Shown here: positions 41,051-53,246 of the stretch, in pieces
How the letters are laid out: every line of letters begins with the position of its first letter
Position numbering within the stretch: position 1 is the first letter of the stretch
Source: Octopus vulgaris
Lineage: Eukaryota
DNA length: 64,000 bases
Reading direction: 5' to 3'
Assembly (NCBI GenBank): GCA_951406725.2
Contig: OX597832.1
Span: 29,140,001 to 29,204,000 of the forward strand
Translations under genes and position numbers: made by a program
Notes under the pieces: model-generated
What the model saw: the letters and a program-made list of their open reading frames with translations, nothing else
Told to the model about the DNA's origin: nothing
Databases searched by the model: none

Positions 41051-42659
41051 TACACATGAAAATTTCATTTTCAGTTCAAAATAGCTGATGTTGTTTTCTG
41101 TTTCAATCACATCTTTTGAAGATGAGTTATTAGTGGATGTTGATTGATTGAGATGATGAGAAATAATTCATTAGACAGTCGTTTAACTGGGCAAGTCAGA
41201 TGAGGATAGGCAGTGCTTCCGACCCCTTTATTAGGGTTTTTGGGGCAGTAAGGAAGAAAAGTTAGCTGTCGACTGTAAGCCTTACTCAGACTTTTACAAC
41301 TGTTTTTCGTCCACTGAAAGCAAACACAAAGTCCATGTGGTTGTGTCAAAAGTGGGATGCAACCTTAGCAGACCCTGCTGAAGATGTACCTGAGGAGGGT
41401 TGTATTGACTGTGTGGAACTGAGACACTGATTAATCTATGATGCTAGTGGACCCTATTGAATGTACAACCAATGAAAGTGTAGTGATTAGATCAAATCTG
41501 TCGCCCAAAACCTGCTCATCCGATAGTTTTACAGCTAACCAGATTCACTGACAAAGATTCGGTTGGTCCAAGAATATGATTCAAGACATTTGCTCAAGTA
41601 AGGATGGAAATGGGAGTAAAGTTGTTGACCACACAGCCACACAAAGAAGGATTGATGTATGTAGGGGTGGGGTGAAGAGGAGGAAGGGTTATGAAATGAT
41701 GGTGGTGGTGGTGGGGGGGGGTGACATTAAATCTGACATGAATAGAGTTAATTAACCCATAAAGTGGATCACTGACTGACGAAGCAGCTAATTAACAGTT
41801 AATTTGAGTGTTTCACTCTCTTCATTGTGGGTTATTTAATAGATTAAACATGAGCCGATTCTGCTGAGCTCTTATAGGATAAAGCACACACACACACACG
41901 TATACGGATACATACGTACAGTTTGTATGCATGTAAAGACACACACATACACACACACACACACATATTAGAGCAAGAATTTTGAAACAGGGATGAGGGC
42001 AGCTATCGCTGAAAGGAGTAAATTGAGATTCCTCTGCAGGGTCCATTAACAATAATAATAATAATAATAATATATAATGATATAGATAATGATGATAATA
42101 TAAGCAATGATGACGATGACGATGATGATGATGATGATGATGATAATAATAAATGGTATTTGAACATCTTAAAGCTGACATTTAGATTATTACCTGGTCC
42201 GTGTTGGGGTTTCCTGTAAAGAAATTTTTGACCCCTTACAAGACTTAACTAACTTCCTCCTTACAAGGGGGTTAGTGGGATGGGAGGTGGACGGGCGGGT
42301 GTGTGTGTGTGTCATACTGCCCCCCCCCCCCGTCCTCCCTACTTGCAAAGGTTATGGGTGGGTGTGGGTGGGGACGTTCCCTCCTCCCCCTCCCGACTTA
42401 CTCTTCCCCTTCTTCCTCACATCTGAATTCCTTTTTATCTATTACATGCGGTTGGGGTCGGGGGCGGTTGTGTAGGTTGCATAGATATGCATATATGTGA
42501 GCTGTGTGTGTGTGTGTGTTTTTTTGCCAGGCTGTGTACAGCTTATTTGTATGTATGTGTATGCAATGCTTCCCCCCCTCCTTATCATGCAACACTGTTA
42601 GCTATCCCATCATCCAGTGCTACTAACCCATTTATAGTCTATGTTGTAGTAATGATACA

Positions 42660-42862
42660 CCACCACTGCCACCACCACTACTACTAACACCACCACCATT
42701 ACCACCACTACCTCCGCCGCCACTACCTCCGCCACCACTACCACAACCACTACCGCCACCACTACCACCACCGCCACCGCTACCTCCACTACCACCGCCT
42801 CCACCACCACTACCACCACCGCCACCACCACTACCACCGTCTTCGCTGCCGTCGCCGCCATC
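42660..42862. repeat. (CCA/CCG)n low-complexity tract
   Basis: Directly visible; source of the poly-G/V ORFs. Confidence 0.9.
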
Positions 42863-43098
42863 CCCCACGACTGTGACACAGTACAGTACTACATATTTGT
42901 ACAGTTGGTGGAAATACTGGAATCTCTGTAGCAGAGTGTGCATGTGTGGTGGCGGTGGTGGTGGTGGTGCAGGATTAGGAAGGAGGGAGGGAGGGAGGGA
43001 TGGCGGGGAGGTGAGCGGCAGATTGAAAATGAAATAACTGAGTCTGACATATATTGGTTAGTTCGAGATTTCTGAAACTTATCAAATTGAACGATGAA

Positions 43099-43131
<33 letters not shown>

Positions 43132-43225
43132 TAACCATTTAAATTAATTTTGAAAATGCCATTTAATATATATCAATGAAATTAAATTAATAGTTTTGTC
43201 TGTCGTCGGATATGGAACATTGCCA

Positions 43226-43267
<42 letters not shown>

Positions 43268-43324
43268 CACATGCATACTCAGATATATTCATATATATAT
43301 ATTATCATCATCATCATCATCAAA

Positions 43325-43880
43325 TATCTGCTTTCCATGCTGGTATGGGTTGGATGGTCTGACAGGAGTTGGCTAGGCAGATGGTACCAAGATTCAGGGT
43401 CTGGTTTTTGCTGTTGGTTGCCCTTCCTAACACCAACCACCCCGTAGAGTGGACTGAGTGCTTTTTACATGGCACCAGCACTAGCGAGGTCAGTTTTGGT
43501 GTGGTTTTTAAAGCTGGATGCCCTTCCAAATGCCAACCACCCTGTAGAGTGGATTGAGTGCCTTTTTCATGTGACACCAGCACAGGTGAGATCAGTTTTG
43601 CCATGGTTTTTACAGCTGGATGCCCTTCCAAATGCCAACCACTTCACAGTGTGGACTGAATGCTTGCATACTTTTTATGTGGCACCAGCACTGGCAGGGT
43701 AACCAAGTAACTTGCAAGACCAAGATGTATCATCATTTAGCATCCGTTGTCCATGCTGGCATGGGTTGGACGGTTTGACCAGGGCTGGTAAGCTGAGGGG
43801 CTGCACCAGACTCCAGTTGGATTTGGCATGGTTTCTATAGCTGGATGCCCTTCCTAATGCCAACCACTCCGATAGTGTAC
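43325..43880 (-). mobile_element. SINE family C: copy with three ~100-bp internal tandem units plus a second copy
   Basis: gcccttcc..ccaaccac..gtggactga..caccagcac repeated three times in 43400-43695. Confidence 0.85.
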
Positions 43881-45021
43881 ACACATAGCTTTGGTCTAGG
43901 GAATACAAAAGGATGAAAGTGGATATGAACTTGTAAAATCTGTTGGACAGGGTGAAAATAATGACTATTTAGGGTGAGTTGGGGGTGGAAAAGAGCAAAA
44001 ACCCTTTTAGTAGGAATTTCTTTTGTCCAGGAATTTGGGAGGAAAAGCTATGACAAATAGAAAATGGTAGGTAAAATGACCAAAGAATGTGTTATAAAAT
44101 GGATTTAGTTCCTTCGTTAGACATCATCTTAGATATGCAGTGAGGTTTTGGACAGGTTCTGATGAAACCACAGAGTTTAGAAACCTTTGGTAGATGTGGT
44201 TTGGAATTGTCTGAGATAAATGTTTCAGAACCCGACAAACCAATACGGTTGTTTGATCAACTGAGTGATTTACTCATTGAAGTATAGTGTAGGTAGCTGA
44301 GTATTCCACAGACATGTACTCTTAAAATCTTCAGGTAAGGTCAGAATTTGCAACAAGGCTGCCACATCGAATTGCAGGTGTAGCGTATCCTGTGGGCTTC
44401 ACCCTTTCATAAACACATATGTATTTGGTACACACACACACACAGTGGATATGTTGCATAAAGTTAAATTACTATAAGCACAAGCATAGCTGTGTATAAC
44501 TAAGAAGTTAGTTTCTCAGGCCCATGGTTTAGGGTTCAACCACACTGTGTGGTCCCTTGGGTAACTATCTTCTACTTAAAGACATTTCAATGCAAGTGTC
44601 ACAAAGCATTGGTTGGTTTGAAGTCAACTAATAGTTAGGGAGTGGATTTAGTTGATGGAAACTGTATGGAAGCCTATCATATCTGTTAATGTGTGTGTGT
44701 GTTGTGAAGGGGCACAGTCTAGTGGTTAGGGTGTTGAGCTCACAATCATAAGGTCAGGGGTTGAATTACCGGGACCAAGCCACATTTTATGTCCTTGAGC
44801 AAGGCTCTTCATTCTGGGTCAGCTGAAATTGTGTTCCAGTTGAGTGCTGGTACTGTTCTCCCTTCCTCCAACTGTTACATCCAGGGCTGTGATGCTGAAT
44901 CGAGACTGGAAGGGCCAAGAAGGGGACTGAGTTTTGCTCTTCACTACATAGGGACGCAAAACTATTTGTGAGAATGTGTTGCATACAACGTGTGTGTGGG
45001 TTTACATTCCACGCTTTGAGC

Positions 45022-45670
45022 TAGTGTGGCTGTGTGATATTTTTAGTTTTTCTAAGCACATGGTTCCAGGTTCAGTCCCACTGCATGGCACCTTAGGCAA
45101 GTGTCTTATATAGCCTCAGGCCAACCAAAAGCCTTATGAGTGGATTTGGTAGATGGAAACTGAAAGAAGCTCCTCACATATATATATATATTCTAGCAAA
45201 AACTGTCTGATGAACGGCAACGAGAAACTCAGAGTAACAGATTTTGTTGAATTTTCTGCTGCTTAAAATAAAGTATATATATATATATATATAAAAAAGG
45301 TGAAATATTTGCTAACTAAATGCAGCGGTCCTATAGAGGACTAGGCTACTGTTGTTTTAAGCCCCAGGAGGACATCTCCTCCTGCTGGCTAACGACACAC
45401 GGTGTCTGATTGGTATTTGCAAATGGAAATCATCATTCCCATCTCTAGCCTTACATGATACACACAGACCCAGGTTTCTAGGTAGTAACCTATCATCTAT
45501 ATATATATATATATATATATATCTGTGTGTGTTCTGTGTCCCCCACTGCCACTTGACAACTGGTGTTGGTTTGTTTATGTCCTAGGCTAAAATAAAAACA
45601 AAATAAGTCCTGGGGTCCACTCGTTCAACCAAAATTCTTCAAGGCGGTGCTCCAGTATGGCCGGTCTAAT
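45022..45670 (+). mobile_element. SINE family A split by PLE-like inserts in its internal (TA)n
   Basis: Head 45022-45180, tail 45520-45670, inserts 45191-45275 and ~45295-45497. Confidence 0.8.
45196..45247 (+). ncRNA. Minimal type I hammerhead ribozyme motif (PLE-type, one decayed pair)
   Basis: Stem I gcaaaaactgt/acagattttgt, CTGATGA 45207-13, stem II cg-GCAA-cg, GAAAC 45224-28, stem III actc-a-gagt, GUA site 45234-36; the 10.1-11.1 pair is A-A. Confidence 0.7.
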
Positions 45671-46563
45671 GGCAAATCAATAGAATCACTGAGCTACAAA
45701 CAGTTTTGTTTATTGGTAACCCCTCCCCCAATAACAAGAAATTATTTTGCAAGGTCTTTCCTTTCAAAGACGAGTGGAATGAAAAGCCCCTTTAATTGAA
45801 AATCAAGGGTTAGTGACAGGAAGGGCACCCAGCTGTAATATGTATTCACCTAACTCATGCTAACATGGAAAAAACTAATGTAAAACAAACAGAACAATAA
45901 TTTTAAATGATTTTATGTATTTTCCTTTCCATATTTTTTACAAGCAAAATAAATGTTCTTCTGCTTTTTTATTGAGAAATAAATTACTATGTATTCCCCC
46001 CCCATACACACGTATCATGTTACTCCCTTAATTCCTTTATCCCCTTCATTCCTCTTTTGTTCCCTATGCAGCTAAATTCTTTCTCTCTGTTCAGATCTCA
46101 TACCACTTGAGTTGTACTTGGTCCTTCCGCTAACTCATCTTAATTCCCATGATAAATATCTCCCTGTCCCCTTTAGTTTAATGTGAATAGACCCCCCCCC
46201 CCACCGCCTACATCATTTCTAACTCTACAATCCATCAATTGAACCAAATATTACATTTCTCTGATGAGCTTGTTAAGAGGGAAACATGTGGCCGTCTGTG
46301 AAGAATCATCTTTATTTTAATTTAGCATATAATAATTATATTCTTGTCTAAACCCATTTGGAATCCTTTGAGAGTGGCTTTCTAGTTCACAACTAACCTT
46401 TGAAACATTCGCGCTTGCACACACAGACACACAGACAGACACACATTTAGAGAGAGAGAGAGAGAGAGAGTGGGATTTGATGTTTGTGTGTAGGCAGACG
46501 TTCAGATTCTGTAATAGTGTACGTAAATATGGTTGAATAAATACACACACACACGCACAGATA

Positions 46564-46598
<35 letters not shown>

Positions 46599-46704
46599 GG
46601 GAGGCATACAGCTTATATAATAAGTGTATATAAATGTGGGTGTGTATGTATTTAGGTACATTTATGTGTGTCAGCACACACACACACACACACACACATA
46701 CATA

Positions 46705-47150
46705 CAGACTTACATATTCACACACATACACACACACTTACATATTCACACACATACACACACACTTACATATTCACACACACACACACACACATATTCA
46801 CACACATACACACACACTTATATATTCACACACATACACACACACTTACATATTCACACACATACACACACACTTACATATTCACACACATACACACACA
46901 CTTACATATTCACACACATACACACACACATATTCACACACACATACACACACACATACACACACACTTACATATTCACACACACATACACACACTTACA
47001 TATTCACACACACACACACACACTTACATATTCACACACATACACACACACTTACATATTCACACACATACACATTCACACACATACACACACACTTACA
47101 TATTCACACACATACACACACACTTACATATTCACACACACACACACACA
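46705..47150. repeat. ~28-bp minisatellite (cttacatattcacacacatacacacaca)
   Basis: About 15 visible units; source of the His/Thr-rich ORFs. Confidence 0.95.
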
Positions 47151-47686
47151 CATTTACGCAATTAGGAATGTGAAATTACAATTTCTGTTGCCCCAATTAA
47201 AGCAGGAGTCGGAGTATGTAATTAAGAAATTACTTTATTTGCCGAGAAATTGGGAGAAGGGTTTAATTAAACAGACTCTGCATATTTTGTCCACTCTCTC
47301 ACTTCGTTTCGACAGTCATCGTCATGGGTTCAATCCCAGCCTCAGTCGTTTACTTATCTTTACCATCTCAGTCTTTTCATGTCACTGAAGGCAGTAACCA
47401 GTAATATCCTGGGACGGTTTTGGTGTTGGTGGTGGTGGTCATTTTAATTGTCTCTCCTCTTCTGTTATGCTGTCTCTTGACCTGTTAGAAATAGCAGCAA
47501 AATTACCCCAAGAGTCTGAAAAATAAAGAAGGACATATTACATTGCATGGCTACAGACGGAATACTTTTCACTCAGAAGTTGGCTCAGTCGTAGCAGGCC
47601 TGTATAGTAGTCATCATCATCACCATCATCATCATCGTCAAATTACTGTTGCTTGACTCTGCTTCATCCTTGAACATGCAATCTTA

Positions 47687-48107
47687 TTTCTTATTTCTTT
47701 ATTGCCCACAAGGGGCTAAAGATAGAGGGGACAAACAAGGATAGACAAAGAGATTAAGTCGATTATATCGACCCCAGTGCGTAACTGGTACTGATTAAAT
47801 CAACCCCGAAAGGATGAAAGGCAAAGTCAACCTCAGCAGAATTTGAACTCAGTATGTAGCGGCAGACAAAATACCTATTACTTTACTAACCACAAGGGGC
47901 TAAATACAGAGAGGACAAACAAGGACAGACAAAGGGATTAAGTCGATTATATCAACTCCAGTGCTTAACTGGTACTTATTTAATCGACCCCGAAAGGATG
48001 AAAGGCAAAGTCAACCTCAGCAGAATTTGAACTCAGAACGTAGCGGCAGACGAAATACCGCTAAGCATTTCGTCCGGCATGCTAACGTTTCTGCCAGCTC
48101 GCCACCT
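47687..48107 (-). mobile_element. SINE family B dimer
   Basis: Two bodies, one head. Confidence 0.9.
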
Positions 48108-48317
48108 TTATGTATTCTTATGACCAAAAAATGCTCCAACCATGACTATCTCATTGAAGCATAGCCAGGACTTCATTATCCAATGAATTCTTCCTTTTTC
48201 AAGCCAGTATAAATTGGTGGAGATCTGGCTGCTATTTCTAGCAGATTCAGTTGACCTTATAAAAGGCCCCTCCCTCATCATATTACTGTTGTTATCATAA
48301 AACTGTTGTTATCATAA

Positions 48318-48712
48318 AGGCAGTTAACTGGCAGAACTGTTAGCCTGCTGGACGAAATTCTTTGTGGCATTTGATTTGTTTTTATGTTCTAAATTCAAAT
48401 TCTAGGTCAACCTCTTTCATCCTCTCGGGGTCGATAAGTACCAGTCATGCACTGGGGCTGGTGTAACCAACCAATCCTACCTCCCTGCCAAAATTTCAGG
48501 CCTTCTGCCTAGAGTAGAAAGAGCTATTATCATTCTTTTATTCTTTTCAGTCAATTGACTGTGGCCATACTGGAGCACCACTTTCAAGAGTGCCTCAGTC
48601 TATCAGAGCCTAGTACTTACTCTGTTGGTCTCTTTTGCCAAACCACTAAGTTATGGGAACGTAAACACTCCATCATCAGTTGTCAAGCGGTGAAGGGCGG
48701 GGAAACAAAGAC
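48318..48712. mobile_element. Old family B copy (+) followed by family A 3' half (-)
   Basis: Diverged family matches. Confidence 0.7.
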
Positions 48713-48884
48713 ACACACACATAGATATATACATATATAAATATATATTGATAAACCGTATCCTTATTCCATTTATTTATTTACCTATTTGTTAAGAGCG
48801 ATAGTTCGTAGCATTGTTAATTATGTAGGTAAAAAACCTAATAAATTCTTTGGATATTTGATATCTCTTAGGTGGTTATTTAAC

Positions 48885-48919
<35 letters not shown>

Positions 48920-48928
48920 CACTCTCTC

Positions 48929-49330
48929 TCTTTTACTTGTTTCAGTCATTTGACTGCGGCCATGCTGGAGCACCGCCTTTAGTCGAGCAACTCGACCCCG
49001 GGACTTATTCTTTGTAAGCCCAGTACTTATTCTATCGGTTTTTTTTTTTGCCAAACTGCTAAGTGACGGGGACGTAAACACACCAGCATCGGTTGTCAAG
49101 CGATGTTGGAGGGACAAACACAGACACACAAAGTTATACACACACACTTATATATATATATACATATATACGGCAGGCTTCTTTCAGTTTCTGTCTACCA
49201 AATCCACTCACAAGGCATTGGTCGGCTCAGGGCTATAGCAGAAGACACTTGCCCAAGATGCCACGCAGTGGGACTGAACCTGGAACCATGTGGTTGGTTA
49301 GCAAGCTACTTACCACACAGCCACTCCTGC

Positions 49331-49333
<3 letters not shown>
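48929..49333 (-). mobile_element. SINE family A, full length
   Basis: Family match. Confidence 0.92.
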
Positions 49334-49372
<39 letters not shown>

Positions 49373-50159
49373 TATATACACACACACACACACACATAAT
49401 GATACCTTGCAGTATGAGTTTAATTCGTTCCATGACCAAACTCATTTTACAATTTACTCGTTTTACAAATCAATTTTCCCCCATTGAAATTAAACTAAAA
49501 TATAATTAATCTGTTCCACCCCACAAAAACCACTCTATTATTTCTAGCAGAGCAGCCACATAGAATCTCTCTCGTTAGAACTTGTATATAAATAAGGTCG
49601 TTCTGAAATATCGTTATTACTAATTACTTTGAGCTAAGTCTTTCATTCTCTCATGTTAGGAATCATTTTGAAATGTTCAAAATTCAACCCTCACCTCATA
49701 CACTTCCATTTTGGTGACCCATCCAACAGGGACTCAGTTTATATTTTACTTCTTTATCAAGTTTGTGCCACCCAGGAGTATACAATGTACAAGTAGGAGG
49801 GGTCAGTACTTAACCCACTTCATTTTCAAGAATTTGGTAAGACTTAATATAGAAACTTTGTCTTTATTAAGATTGTATTGAGAAGACAGTGCAACCATCT
49901 TTGATTTCTGGTAGCATTGTATCTCTGAAAAATCTTATCATAATACGGAATTCCATAACATAAAAAAAACTCCATTTATCTTGGACTTCCGAATGAAGAA
50001 ATCATTTGTAAAATATGTTTTTGGTTCCGGAATTCCATATTATGGCAAACTTTTTAGGAACTGATGTTTTTTAGTGTTAAGGATTCCTTTATAACAAACA
50101 GTTCTTATATAAAATTATGAAATGCTTTAGCTTTCATTTAAAGATGTTAAATCAGAAAT

Positions 50160-50565
50160 TGGTCTCAGCTGGATTGTTATTGAAGCAGTTAAAACTGAAG
50201 AACTGCAAAGATTTGTTACGAATTTTTCTTCTAGAATAACAAAGATGGAGAAGCTTTTTACTGCTTGGCAGCTGAGGACAGGTCATCTGTGTTCCTTCGT
50301 GACCATTAATTTCAGAACTCGTTCTTTGTTTTATTGTAATCTTTCTGATTATAGAATTAGAGAATGAGTTGAGTTTTCTTTACAAGTGGGCTCAGCTGGG
50401 TTTCTATTGAAATGGGTTAGACTAGACCTGCAAATGTTTACCAACTTTTCTTCTAGAATAACAAAACAGAGAAGTCTTTTACTACTTGGCGGCCAAGAAC
50501 AGGTCATCTGAACTTGTTCCTTGTTTCATTTTAATCCTTCCATGATTGTAGAATTAGAGAAAGAG
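50160..50565 (+). repeat. Old ~200-bp tandem duplication
   Basis: ctcagctgg..ttttcttctagaataacaaa..acaggtcatctg..tagaattagagaa occurs at 50160-50365 and 50388-50562. Confidence 0.85.
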
Positions 50566-51415
50566 GTGGCCATTCTCTAACCCCAGGGTGTAAATTAATC
50601 ACCTGTGACCCCATCGTAGCATGATTCCAGACAATTTTGGAAACATTCTCTTAGCTTCGTCTCTGCTTTATTATGTCAGTTTGATCGAGACGGAGAGAGT
50701 TATGACATCTCTTCGTTGCAACTCAGACATTAATCAATCAGCGTTCACCATTGATTAGATTTAATAAACAAACCATGGAATACTCAATCACCATAAATTA
50801 CTGTTTGCTTAGCACAAACCCTCTCAAACCTCCACTCACCTCTCACACTCATCTCTTCAACCTCCACTCATGCTCTTATCTCTCTGCAATCTTGCTATAT
50901 TTAATTACTATTGTTTACTACTACTACTACTACTAGCACTACTACTACTACTTCTGCTGCTGCTACCACCACCACTACTACGATGACGAAGATATTACTG
51001 TTTGTTTTTTTAACGAACTTAATTATGTGTGAAATGTAAAAAACTGTTACTAATAAAGCTAACAACAAATTATATTGGTGTATAAGTATGTGTGTATATA
51101 TTGTCTCTTGGTGTGTATATATATATATATATATGTGTGTGGGGGGTGGGTGTAGACACACACATGGGTAGTGACAGACGGTTCAATGCGTGCATATATG
51201 ATATATGTATGTATAATACCTTTATCAATATATGTATAAGTACGTGTGTGTGGTGTGTGTGCAAGCATGGATGTACGATTATGAAGTTGACTTTCCAAAC
51301 CAAGTGGTCTGGGTTTCAGTTCCATCCTCAGCACCGTACATGGGTGTCTTCTACTATTGCACTGGACCAGACAACGACTGGGAAAAAAGCCTATTTTATA
51401 TATATATGTATATAT

Positions 51416-52039
51416 AGAGTGGTTGGCGTTAGGAAGGGCATCCAGCCGTAGAAACACTGCCAGATCAGACTGGGCCTGATGCAGCCTTCTGGCTTCCCAG
51501 ACCCCAGTTGCACCGTCCAACCCATGCTAGCATGGAAAACGGATGCTAAATGATGATGGTGATGATGATATATATATGTATACACACACACACACATATA
51601 CACAATGGGCTTCCTTCAATTTCCGTCTACCAAATCCACTCACAAGGTTTTGGTCAGCCCAAGGCTATAGTAGAAGACACTTGCCCAAGGTGTCACACAG
51701 TGGATCTGAACCCGGAACCATGTGGTTGGTAAGCAAGCTACTTACCACACAGCCAGGACACTGGACAGTAAGAAAACAGGAAAAAATGTGGTAAAAACAT
51801 GAAGATTGGTAGATATGTATATGCAAATGTATGCATTTGTAAAGATATATATATACTCTTTTACTTGTTTCAGTCATTTGACTGCAGCCATGCTGGAGCA
51901 CCGCCTTTAGTCGAGCAGATCGACCCCGAGACTTATTCTTTGTAAGCACAGTACTTATTCTATCGGTCTCTTTTGCCGAACCGCTAAGTGACGGGGACGT
52001 AAACACACCAGCATCGGTTGTCAAGCAATGCTAGGAGGA

Positions 52040-52097
<58 letters not shown>

Positions 52098-52275
52098 CAC
52101 ACACATATATACGACAGGCTTCTTTCAGTTTCCGTCTACCAAATCCACTCACAAGGCATTGGTTGGCCCGGGGCTATAGCAGAAGACACTTGCCCAAGAT
52201 GCCACGCAGTGGGACTGAACCTGCAACCATGTGGTTGGTAAGCAATCTACTTACCACACAGCCACTCCTGCGCCT
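51416..52275. mobile_element. SINE cluster: family C (+, 51416-51568), family A half (-, 51606-51755), family A full (-, 51856-52275)
   Basis: Family matches. Confidence 0.9.
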
Positions 52276-52282
52276 ATATATA

Positions 52283-52750
52283 TATAAAAATACAAAATGG
52301 GACAAGAATGCAAAACAGCCAGACAGTTAGGTGATACAAAAACGGGGACAACAAAACATCCAGATAGACGATACAAAGAAACCAAGGACTGGTCATTCGG
52401 AGTTTTCTTTCCTCAGTCAAGTTCCAGATGATCTTTGCAACCTGTTATTTGTATTTGTGTAACATTCTCCGTTTTTTTCTGTCCTTGTTTTCGTATACAT
52501 TCGCTGCTTTCTTCCAAGGAATCTAATGCTCTTAGCTTAGTTTTTCCTTGGGGCTGGCCAGATTGGAGCAATCTCGAGTATACCAGCCGAAAATTGCAAT
52601 GATAATCTGGAACTCGACTGAGGAAAGAAAACTCCAAATGACCCGTCCTTGTCTTTGTATCATCTATCTGGATGTTTTGTTGTCCCCTGTTTTGCATCAC
52701 CTAACTGTCTGGATATTTTGCATTCTTGTCCCATTTTCTATTTTTTATAT
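52283..52750. mobile_element. Penelope-like remnant with ~155-bp inverted arms
   Basis: 52283-52440 is the reverse complement of ~52594-52750 around a ~150-bp spacer; flanked by (TA)n; end stubs tacaaaatgggacaa also near 26045 and 26145. Confidence 0.7.
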
Positions 52751-52801
52751 ATAAAACACATAGTGGCCTATGTACACCTTGGTCTCTCTCTCTCTCTTTC
52801 T

Positions 52802-52840
<39 letters not shown>

Positions 52841-52994
52841 CATACACATATGCGGCATGGAATTTTGTCAGTGAACAAGTTGTTGGTTTCAAAGCAACAA
52901 AAATATTCTGACACAAATTAAATTAAATTGTTGAAGTGAATCTAATGGTTTTGTGTGTTTTTAAATGGCTTATAAACACCTTCCATGCTGCCAT

Positions 52995-53033
<39 letters not shown>

Positions 53034-53059
53034 GTGTGTGTGTATGTATGTAAAAGCAA

Positions 53060-53246
53060 ACATGCCGGTGACATGCACAAGGCACCCTCTACATTCTTGG
53101 AATGGTTGGCATTAGGAAGGGTATCCAGCCATAGAAGGCACGCCAAAGTCAGACTGGATCCTGGTGTTGCTCTCTGGCCCGCCAGTTCCAGTCAAACTGT
53201 CTAACCCATGCCAGCATGGAAAACGGACGTTAGATGATGATGATGA
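53060..53246 (+). mobile_element. SINE family C
   Basis: Family match. Confidence 0.8.

Noticed and set aside
44325-44340. Recursive splice site (cttcag|gtaagg; also ~53312)
   Set aside because: Weak polypyrimidine tracts; expected by chance in 40 kb.
45317-45370. Twister ribozyme (taaatgcagc..aagcccc)
   Set aside because: L4 is too long and the P2/T1 pairings cannot be formed.
51162-51174. Partial match to miR-71 (acatgggtagtga)
   Set aside because: Seed absent and no hairpin.
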